Shown in pieces: positions 37,502 through 46,914 of a DNA stretch of 64,000 bases. Source of the DNA: Euglena gracilis (lineage: Eukaryota); assembly GCA_039621445.1 (NCBI GenBank), contig CP154954.1, positions 46,169,847 through 46,233,846 on the forward strand, read 5' to 3'. A program made the position numbers and the translations under genes. Under the pieces are notes generated by a model. It did no database searches and had not been told where the DNA came from. It saw only the letters and a program-made list of their open reading frames with translations. Within the stretch, counting starts at the first letter, position 1; each line of letters starts with the position of its first letter.

Positions 37502-39724
37502 ATATCCCCCTCAGTCACATATGCCATCCCCCTCTCAGGCACAAATGCCGCTCCCCTCTCAAGCACAACCGCCACTTTGTGTCCATCCGGCCCCTGTGCC
37601 AAGGGGAGCTTCATATGCGGCAAAGCCTCAGCAGGCATATCAAGTTTCAATGGAACAACAACCTCAGCAGGTACACCAGGTTGCAATGGAACAGCAACAA
37701 TATGTGAGGCAGGGATAAGCACCTCCAATGGAGCAGGCGCATTACGCCATGCCTGGTCCCTCACCTCCCATGCTGTACACACCACAGTATGTTACCTCTC
37801 AGCAACCACGGACACAACCCCAACCCCAACCTCAACCCCAACCTCAACCCGTACAGGGGTTGCGGCACCTTGTATTCGCCGAACCAACAGCAGCGAGAGA
37901 AATGGAAGTCAAAAGGGAAAGCATCCATACACATGAAACCAAAACGTCATATGCAAAGATAATGCCCTTTCCCAGAGGTGTGTCCTTAGAATGAAATAAG
38001 TTGGAAAAGGTGAGGAGGGTGGTTCCAGACCTCCCTTGGACTCTCCCCCATTCATTCAGGGAACATTCAGCAAGTACTCGGACTCCCACGACACAGGAAG
38101 GGGGAGGAAGGGACCAAGAGGACGAAGCACAAGAAGATGGTGAGGATGGCTGCCATTGCCTTGGACTTTAGCCCAAGGCCCTGTAGATAGATGGCCGCCA
38201 TGACCATTTTGAGGAGGGTCTCCACATTCCTGCCTTGAACCCTTTGAATTTGTCATATTTCCCTGCCATAGGGGTGGGGAATAGAAAAGGGATGGGTGGT
38301 CTGCCAGACCTGTCCTTCCATCTCCTGACAATGTTTCCTTGATGGAGGACTGTGATGGGTCCCCATGACCCAATGAGCCTTGCCCATGATGGCTTCTCCG
38401 TCGCTTTGCTCTGGCTAAAATTGTCCAGGGTCCATGGCGTCACAAACGTTTTGTTGAAAATGGGAAATTTCTGATGAACTGGGGGGCGAAAGGGGTGTGG
38501 CAGCCACAGACGGACCGGTTGGTCCTGCTCCATCATCATCAGGTTCCCCAGCGCCTGCAGCTCCTCGGTGTTTTCCAGCTTCAGCTGTCTGTTTTGAGCT
38601 TCCTTGTCCTCCCACTTTCTCTTGACAGCTTGATATTTTTTACAAAACAACTTTCATTGAAGTCCGTTGAGCACGTGCTTGATATTTGAGTTTCTTTTGT
38701 CTTTTTTATTTGCAGCACTCGTAGAGTTGAAAGTCTTTCTCCTTGAGGTCGAAGGGCAGAGTTAGGAATCAGCCAACTCCGGCAAAAAAAAGCAGTAAGA
38801 AGCACCCCCCGCACACGCAAAAACACACCAGAGCAGACACCTCGGGCTCCGCACTTTGCCCTTGTGCTCGCCGGCGGTGTTGTGTGATTGTTGCGCGTTG
38901 GGTTAGGACTCCCTGCTTAGTGCCTTTATTTCGCCAGAGTTTGCTGATTCCTAAATTGCCCTTCGACACCCAGAAGAAAGGAGAACACCTCAACTCAAGG
39001 CTACGAAGTCACCAAAGAAAGTTCAAGTCAAACTCAAATTCCAGAACGAGAAGATCCAGCAGAATATCAAACTTCAAAAAAAATTTCAACAACTGACTTC
39101 AATGAAAGATGACTTGGGGAAGAAATTGGTATTACGACGAGAAGCAGCGGTGGCCGCAGCAGCAACCTGGAGATGCGGACAAGCCGTGGCAAGCTGTGGT
39201 CACCCCTTCCCCACCCCTCTCAGAAATTTCACAACAGCCAAACCCCCCCAGTGACCACAGCCATTGGCAGACAGTGGTCAGGAAATCCAGAAAGGGGAAA
39301 GGACCAATGGCCCCAGGCCCTCCAAGGCCCAGGGCCCAGCCCAGACAGGACTTCCAGGGCCAAGTGCCCTTACAATTAAAAATACCAGCCAGAAATTCAG
39401 GCCAGAGGGCCAGAGCCCACATGGGCAGATGGAACCAAGGCCAAGGGGGAGAGCATCACAGAGGCCATGTTGGCGGCGGCCCCTGGGGTGTGGCGCCGGG
39501 CGGGGCCAAAAAAAGACCAACAGCGGAATCTTCCGCTTTGCGGAAGTTCCTAATTTAAGTTTATTGGACTGCCTCTCTGTAGGTGGTTCCGAGCCTGAAC
39601 ACTTCATCCTATCAAGCTGGCAAAGTGTTGTGCATTCAAATATCAAAGGAAGAAGGGAAAAGACACCCCAAAGAGACACCCAGAAAACTGAAGTGTTCAT
39701 CAACCAAACTACCAGAAGACCAGA

Positions 39725-40597
39725 ATGCCAGAGTCAGAGTACCAGAATGCCAAGGCCAGGAGGATGACTGTCAGTTGGAGGCCGGAAGAAAATCACTCGG
39801 AAGTGCAGGAAGCGACAGACTGGAGCTGGAGCAGATGGAGTGTCCGACTTCCAGAAGAAGGATGGAGATCTGCATTGACAGTGTGGGATGGCCAAGAAGA
39901 AGAAGAAGAATCAAGGAGTCCAGCTCCAAGCTATGAAGGTGCAGCTGAAGAACCGGAAGTGCCATTGCAGCCATTCAGGAGGAGAAATGTGGTGATGGAG
40001 AACCGACCAGATCCAGGAGAACCAGAATCAGGACCAGCCACAGATGAGGAGTACTACGAGGTGGAAGAGCCAGAGACCCAGCCAAGACCAAGTGGAAGGG
40101 GAAGAAGAATCAAGAGGCAGTACATCTCCGAGGAGTACGCTGTGAGCTGGGAATTTATCGACCTGATCCTGGAAAAGTTCAACATTCGGAAGGAAAGAGT
40201 GCAAGAAGCATTTGCATCATGGGAAAATGCAAGATTCCCCAAGTTCTGGACGAAGGAAGACAATGCATTTGGGAAGACATGGACAAGAGAAAAGATATGG
40301 GCCAATCCACCGTGGACGCTGATGAATCAAGTCATCCTCAAGATCATCGCGGACCAGGTGCAGGAGATGGTGCTGATTGCACCAGAGTGGCGCACAACAA
40401 CATGGTGGCCAGTGCTGCAGAAGATGACAGTGAAGTTCATCATCTTCGAGGAAGGAACCCGGTTCTTCGAGATCTGGGACCAGCAGGCGGGCCAGATGCA
40501 GCCGACTGGGCCATTGCGTTGGCCAGTCCGGGCGTGCTTGGTCCAGTACCGAAGATTCCGAGGAAGAGACCCTGAAGGGCATGCCCCCAGGAGATGA
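39725..40597 (+). CDS. Dam-like (phage/DIRS-type) DNA N6-adenine methyltransferase with an acidic N-terminal region, intact ORF
   Basis: 290 aa: EEYAV...EAFASWENARFPKFWTKEDNAFGKTW...IWANPPW...VLIAPEW...WWPVL...GTRFFE...PLRWPVRACLV. A basic GRGRRIKR patch precedes the domain. Confidence 0.85.
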   Translation: MPESEYQNAKARRMTVSWRPEENHSEVQEATDWSWSRWSVRLPEEGWRSALTVWDGQEEEEESRSPAPSYEGAAEEPEVPLQPFRRRNVVMENRPDPGEPESGPATDEEYYEVEEPETQPRPSGRGRRIKRQYISEEYAVSWEFIDLILEKFNIRKERVQEAFASWENARFPKFWTKEDNAFGKTWTREKIWANPPWTLMNQVILKIIADQVQEMVLIAPEWRTTTWWPVLQKMTVKFIIFEEGTRFFEIWDQQAGQMQPTGPLRWPVRACLVQYRRFRGRDPEGHAPRR

Positions 40598-40712
40598 AGG
40601 AGCATCGTCCCGAGCCCGCAGGAGAAGTGGAGATGAACGTGGACTCTCCGAGGCGTGCAAGAGGAGGTACCGTCGACAGCGGTACCACTGGTTCACGGAG
40701 ACGTGGGAATGA

Positions 40713-41272
40713 GGCGGTGTAGACCGAGTGTTGCCTGCCATCCCCCTCCCAGCCTAATCCCCTCCTCGGCCAGTATCCAAGATCCCTGATCAGAAAAGGA
40801 TGGAAATCATCATGATTTCAATTGTGCACGTATTGGCTCGGCACAGAAAGAATGACTGAAAAATTCCAGGTGTTGGTTGTCGATTGTCGATGGATGCTCT
40901 GGGAGGTTCGACGGCCCGTCACTCCTGATGGGGGGGGGGTGCTCTGGGCGGTTCGGCTGCCCGTCGCCGAAAATGAATCGTTGGGTTGGTTGGAGTGTGG
41001 TGGTGTGGACCCAAGGGTTGCCTGCCCCCCAATTTCAATTCAGTGGAATTCGATCAGATCTGCAGAATGGTTGGCATAGAGATGGCGGTGTAGACCTGCG
41101 GGTTGCCTGCCCCGTGTATTCTGTTCGATGTGAATTGGAAGCAGATTTGCATGAATCACAGGTGTGTGTGGCGGTGTGAACACGATGTTACCCGCCCCCA
41201 CCTCGATGAAGGAATTGAGGCCCTGGGATCTTGATTTCGAGAGTGGCGGTGTGAACTCCTATGTTACCTGCC
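40713..41272 (+). repeat. Five copies of a 27-28 nt bulged hairpin GGYGGTGTRRAC-N5-6-GTTRCCYGCC with unique spacers
   Basis: Copies start at 40713, 40999, 41084, 41170 and 41245; loops are cgagt, ccaagg, ctgcgg, acgat and tcctat. Confidence 0.8.
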
Positions 41273-41413
41273 CCCCATTCATCATTCACTATGTGGACAT
41301 TGAGCGGACCCTGGATTGCGATTCTAATCCCCAGACTCAGAATTTGCTGTACGTTACTTCCTTCCCCCCCCCAAAAAAAACCCCAGCCACACCCCGGCAA
41401 GGAAAAGAAAACG

Positions 41414-41725
41414 GCCTCGGGCCCACGGGGGCCGAGGCCCCCCCCAGGGGGAAACCCCCCAGGGGGGCCCAAAAAAACCCCAGGCCTCGGGCCCACGGGG
41501 GCCGAGGCCCCCCCCCCCCAGGGGGAAACCCCCCCGGGGGGTCCCAAAGGGCCCCCCCGGGGGGTCCCAAAGGGCCCCCCCCCCCACCCAGGGGGAAACC
41601 TCCCCAGGGGGGCCCAAAAAAACCCAGGCCACGGGCCCACGGGGGCCGAAGCCCCCCCCCCCCAGGGCGGGCCAAAAAAACCCAGGCCTCGGGCCCACGG
41701 GAGCCGAGGCCCCCCCCCCCCCCCG
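41414..41725 (+). repeat. GC-rich tandem repeat (ggcctcgggcccacgggggccgagg units) in the 3' internal region of element C
   Basis: Four to five degenerate units, each self-complementary (cctcgg...ccgagg). Confidence 0.75.
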
Positions 41726-44700
41726 AAGCGGACAGCTTCGGGGGGACCAAAAAGAACCCGAACACTTCTCCGGGGCCGCCTCAAAAATTGCCGAAGGCGG
41801 TACGCAAGCGGTCCGGGAGGGGAGTGTTGGCGGCGGCCCCTGGGGTGTGGCGCCGGGCGGGGCCAAAAAAAGACCAACAGCGGAATCTTCCGCTTTGCGG
41901 AAGTTCCTAATTTAAGTTTATTGGACTGCCTCTCTGTAGGTAGTTCCAAGCCTGAACACTTCATCCTATCAAACTGGCAAAGTGTTGTGCATTCAAATAT
42001 CAAAGGAAGAAGGGAAAAGACACCCCAAAGAGACACCCAGAAAACTGCCATGGCGGCCAGTATTTCAAGTCAACCCCCACTGGGAGAGGTCATCCAAAAG
42101 GTCTCCCAAAAATTTCTTTTCAAAAAGTCTTTTCCACATTCCCCACAAAGGGGCAGGGTCAATGCCCCCCAAGATTTCAATTGGGCATGGAAGCCAGGGA
42201 CAGAGAAAGATGCCCAAGACCCAAGGGGGGTCAAGACCATTCAACAAGGGCAGGAGACCCTTTCAAAGCAGGGCCATGGCGGCCAATATCTGCTGGGCCA
42301 CGACGGCATTCCCCAGGCCATGGAGGCCACACACCAGGGCCATGGCGGCCATTTATTTTCAAGCCCGCTGGGCTCATTATGCACAGGCCACTGGGGCCAG
42401 AAGCTAAGGGGCAGCCCCACAGGGGCTCTTTATATAAATCAGCAGCCCCAGGAGGAAGAGGGAACCCCAGTTTCCCTCAAGGAGGATCAGGTGGAAGGGG
42501 GAGAACCCCTAAAAGCATTTACACTTCTTCATTCCAAATTGAATTTGTCAAGGGGGGCACCATCAGAGGCTGCCCAAGAAGTTTGTGAGATTGGCCAGTG
42601 GAGGGGGGTGGAGGCTTTTGCAGCCCACTATCAACGACTTGGTGCCCAAGGTGCCCTAGAAAATGCCCTGGCCCCCCTAATTTCAGTGCAGAATCTGGCC
42701 TCACAAGGGCAAAGTGCGGAGCCCGAGGTGTCTCGTACTCCCTCGAGGAAAACCGACAAGGGAGGAAGGGACACCGAGGGCGAAGCACAAAGACCTTGCG
42801 AGCCCGACCCCCCCACCCGTAAAAGAAAATTCGTCTTCAAAAGCCCTCGGTCAGAGAGTGGGGGCCAGGGGGGGCAGAGGGGGGGGACCCCCCCAAGGGG
42901 AAAGAGAAAACGCCACAGCCGCCACGTCGGAGCCACATCGTCAGCCAACTCCGGCGAGGCGGCACTAAGCAGGGAGTCCTAACCCAACGCGCAACAATCA
43001 CACAGCACCGCCGGCGAGCAAGGCATGGCCTCGCAAGGTCTTTGTGCTTCGCCCTCGGTTTCCCTTCCTCCCTTGTCGGTTTTTCCTCGAGGGAGTACGA
43101 GAACAGCCGGCAAGGACAGCAGGACCTCACCATCTCGCAGTGCGGAGCCCGACTGGTCGTGCTTTCCCCACGCTGTCCCGCTTTTTGCCCATTGGAAAAA
43201 CGAAAATGGCTCAGAGTCCGAACCTCCGGTGCAAAAGAATTTCGATTCTTTGGAAACTCCTGTGATCTCCCAACTTGGGGGGTCAATTCAAAAATGCACT
43301 TCTCAAAACACCAGAAATGTTCGGGTGAACCCTGAAAATCGCGACATGCCAAATAAAGATCCCAAAAGTGAAACCAATCGAACAAAATTTCTGGAGACCT
43401 CAATCATTGCCCTTAAACGCCGCGGTGTAGCTTAAAAAAGCTACACGCAAGAGGATCTGAGAAAAAAAAAATGCAATTGAACTTTTTTGTTTCCTCAGAT
43501 GAGCGTTCCTTGGACGAGGGATGTCGTGGGTGCGGAACAAAAGTCTAACAGAGAAAATTTTCTTTGACAATTGGGGTGAAGGCATTCTTGAAGGATGTGG
43601 ACTGATGTACAACGGATTTTGGGGTCGAAATTGATGCCCCCACGCAAAAACGCCAACCAACCTCCCCAATCAATAATTGCCCTCGGGAGGGGGAATATTG
43701 TTCTCTAAGTCTGGAATATTTTTGAGGAGGTTTTCGAGCATCAGACAACATATGTCCCACATCCCTCCCCCAAATGATCCCATGGCAACAAGGCTGGTCA
43801 CTCCGATCAAAACAGCAAGGATAAATAAAAATCAAAAAAAAAACGAAGCCGAAAAGGTAAACAAGAAGGTTGGTTTGGCTATTTTGTGGTCAAAGATTGT
43901 CCGGTCATCGCGTGCGGTTGCCACCTTGGTTGTGTTGTTGGTCAGCTATGAGACAGTACAGCCTGCCATGGCGCTGCCAGGCACAGTATGGTGTTGCACA
44001 TGCGACCCTGCTCCGGCAAAGGTTGCACGGTGGCAGGGACAACGTGATAAGCTCACTCCAACAAACCACTAAACTCACAGTCCATAATGAAATGGGCATA
44101 TGAAAAGTGAAATTGGTCCACACTCCATTGTGAAATTGGCGAAACAGCACTTGTGTTTGGCAGCGCTAATTGCCCACTGCCATTTTTTTGGCATTTTTTC
44201 GATGGTTGGGGTCCGAGGGGTTTTGTGCATAATTCTCCGAGAATTCCCTGAAAGAAAAGAAAATTTGAGGGGTTCAAATATGCCCCAAATTTTGGGCAAT
44301 TTTGGATTGGGCATATTAAGTTTTAAGCGGTTGGGAATTGCCCCTTGGAACCAAAAATTTTGAGGGAAGACTGCAGTTAGGCGGTTCCCCCTTGCGAAAC
44401 AAATGCATCTGCAGAGAAGGGAAACTGTCCTCGGAATACAAGCAAAAAGCGTTCGGGCGGCTATCCGCCCGAAAGACGGATGGATCCGGACACACTTGTG
44501 TTGTGCGCGCTTGCCCCGGGTTGCTCTGGTTTATTTGGGCAGATTGTGGTGGGGAATGGAATAACGTTGGCGTTTGCGGGCGAGTCAGAGTTGGGAAGAC
44601 GCTGAAATTGCAAACAGTTCATTGGTGCCTATGGTGCCACAAGTGAACAACTTTGGCAAAAGGGGAAAGGTAGCTGAGCTGATGGTTATAGGGAGGCAGA

Positions 44701-45006
44701 CAGTGTCGGGGACAGGCTTCTTTCTGTCAATCCTGGGGGGGGCGTTGTGCTGTGGGGTGCCTCAGCCCTGCCCATAGCAGGCACAGCCCTCCCAGGAAGC
44801 AAAGCAAAAACCATGTGAACGACGGAGAGAGAAGATGCTTCGCGATTTTGAGCAGTGGACACCATGCGGGGGGGGGGTGGGTGCTATAGGGTGCCTGCCC
44901 CTAGCAGGCACACCCCCCCCCGGGGGGATAGGGGTCCGGGGGGGGGGGGACGCAGAAAATTTTCATTGAAAATGGCCTTTTCCGGGCCCCCGGCGCGGCA
45001 CAGGCA

Positions 45007-46914
45007 GGGTTACGGTAGGAGGATGTTCCGTAGGAGGATGCTCTAGAGCATCCTCGAGTGTCGCTCGAGGTCGCTCGAGGATGCTCTAGAGCATCCTCGA
45101 GTGTCGCTCGAGGTCGCTCGAGGATGCTCTAGAGCATCCTCGGGTGTCGCTCGAGGTCGCTCGAGGATGCTCGAAAACATCCTCGAGTGTCGCTCGAGGT
45201 CGCTCGAGGATGCTCTAGAGCATCCTCCTGCGTACATGCATGCATGTATCATGAGACTCAGAACAGATTTCGAACGGGGCACTTTGTTGGATTGGCACTG
45301 GCACTGGGGGACCATGAATTGAACATCCCTCACAGGCACCACACAGCAGGCACCCTCGAGCTGTTACTCAACTGTTCGAGGGCCCCAAAATAACAAAGTC
45401 CCTTGTGTTTCCCCGTCGTTTCGGGGGGCAAATCCCTTCTGTTGCTCAACTCTTCGAGGGCCCCAAAATAACAAACTCCCTTGCGTTTCCCAGTCGTTTC
45501 GGGGGGCAAATCCCTTCTGTTGCTCAATTGTTCGAGGGCCCCAAAATAACAAAACCCCTTGTGCTTCCCAGTCGCTTCGGGGGGCAAATCCCTTGTGTTT
45601 CCCAGTCGTTTCGGGGGGCAAATCCCTTCCGTTGCTCAACTGTTTGAGGGCCCCAAAATAACAAAATCCCTTGTGCTTCCCAGTCGTTTCGGGGGGCAAA
45701 TCCCTTGTGTTTCCCAGTCGTTTCGGGGGGCAAATCCCTTCCGTTGCTCAACTGTTCGAGGGCCCCAAAATAACAAAATCCCTTGTGCTTCCCAGTCGTT
45801 TCGGGGCCAAATCCCTTGTGTTTCCCAGTCGTTTCGGGGGGCAAATCCCTTCTGTTGCTCAACTGTTCGAGGGCCCCAAAATAACAAAATCCCTTGTGCT
45901 TCCCAGTCGTTTCGGGGGGCAAATCCCTTGTGTTTCCCAGTCGTTTCGGGGGGGCAAATCCCTTCTGTTGCTCAACTGTTCGAGGGCCCCAAAATAACAA
46001 AATCCCTTGTGCTTCCCAGTCGTTTCGGGGCCAAATCCCTTGTGTTTCCCAATCGTTTCGGGAGGCAAATCCCTTCCGTTGCTCAACTGTTCGAGGGCCC
46101 CAAAATAACAAAATCCCTTGTGCTTCCCAGTCGTTTCGGGGGGCAAATCCCTTGTGCTTCCCAGTCGTTTCGGGGGGCAAATCCCTTGTGTTTCCCAGTC
46201 GTTTTGGGGGGCAAATCCCTTCCGTTGCTCAACTGTTTGAGGGCCCCAAAATAACAAAATCCCTTGTGTTTCCCAGTCGTTTCGGGGGGCAAATTCCTTG
46301 TGTTTCCCAGTCGTTTCGGGGGGGCAAATCCCTTCTGTTGCTCAACTGTTCGAGGGCCCCAAAATAACAAAATCCCTTGTGTTTCCCAGTCGTTTTGGGG
46401 GACATACATGCATGCATATACGTAGGAGGACGTTCGAGATGTCGCTCGAGGTTGCTCGAGGATGCTCTAGAGCATCCTCGAGCGTCGCTCGAGGTCGCTC
46501 GAGGTTTCTCGAAAACATCCTCGAGTGTCGCTCGAGGTTGCTCGAGGATGCTCTAGAGCATCCTCGAGCGTCGCTCGAGGTCGCTCGAGGATGCTCGAAA
46601 ACATCCTCGAGTGTCGCTCGAGGTTGCTCGAGGATGCTCTAGAGCATCCTCGAGCGTCGCTCGAGGTCGCTCGAGGATGCTCTAGAGCATCCTCGAGTGT
46701 CGCTCGAGGTCGCTCCAGGATGCTCTAGAGCATCCTCGAGGGACGCTCGAGGTCGTTCGAGGATGCTCGAAAACATCCTCGAGTGTCGTTCGAGGTCGCT
46801 CGAGGTCACTCGAGGATGCTTTTTAAGCCCCCCCCTGGAGGGGGGGGGGCTTAAAAACGCTCGAGGATGCTCGAGCTCGAGCGCTCGATCTCGAGCATCC
46901 TCCTACGGTAACCC
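45007..46914. mobile_element. Non-autonomous TIR element with CTCGAG-rich subterminal arrays and an internal minisatellite
   Basis: TIR gggttacggtaggaggatg / catcctcctacggtaaccc; ctcgaggatgctctagagcatcctcgag arrays at about 45030-45230 and 46430-46900; related degenerate copy at about 50880-51515. Confidence 0.8.
45362..46400 (+). repeat. Complex minisatellite built from about 28-bp and 32-bp modules
   Basis: Modules atcccttgtg(t/c)ttcccagtcgtttcggggggcaa and ttgctcaactgttcgagggccccaaaataacaaa alternate irregularly. Confidence 0.9.

Larger units (their letters stand above)
39468..42046 (+). mobile_element. Element C: non-autonomous LTR element carrying only a Dam-like methyltransferase
   Basis: 222-bp LTRs at 39468-39689 and 41825-42046 with three differences seen. 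TSD gcca at 39464-39467 and 42047-42050. PPT gggaggggag at 41815-41824. PBS-position sequence tgaagtgttca (39689-39699) is the reverse complement of LTR 39596-39606. Termini are TG...CT. Confidence 0.88.

Noticed and set aside
40713-41272. Hairpin array as a true CRISPR
   Set aside because: The repeat centres vary, spacing is irregular and there are no cas genes; kept as an RNA-structure finding instead.
41261-42982. 573-aa ORF
   Set aside because: It runs through a GC-rich tandem repeat, an LTR and flanking DNA, so it is a chance read-through.
45362-46400. CRISPR-like periodic array
   Set aside because: The units alternate with no unique spacers, there are no cas genes, and the context is eukaryotic; it is a minisatellite.
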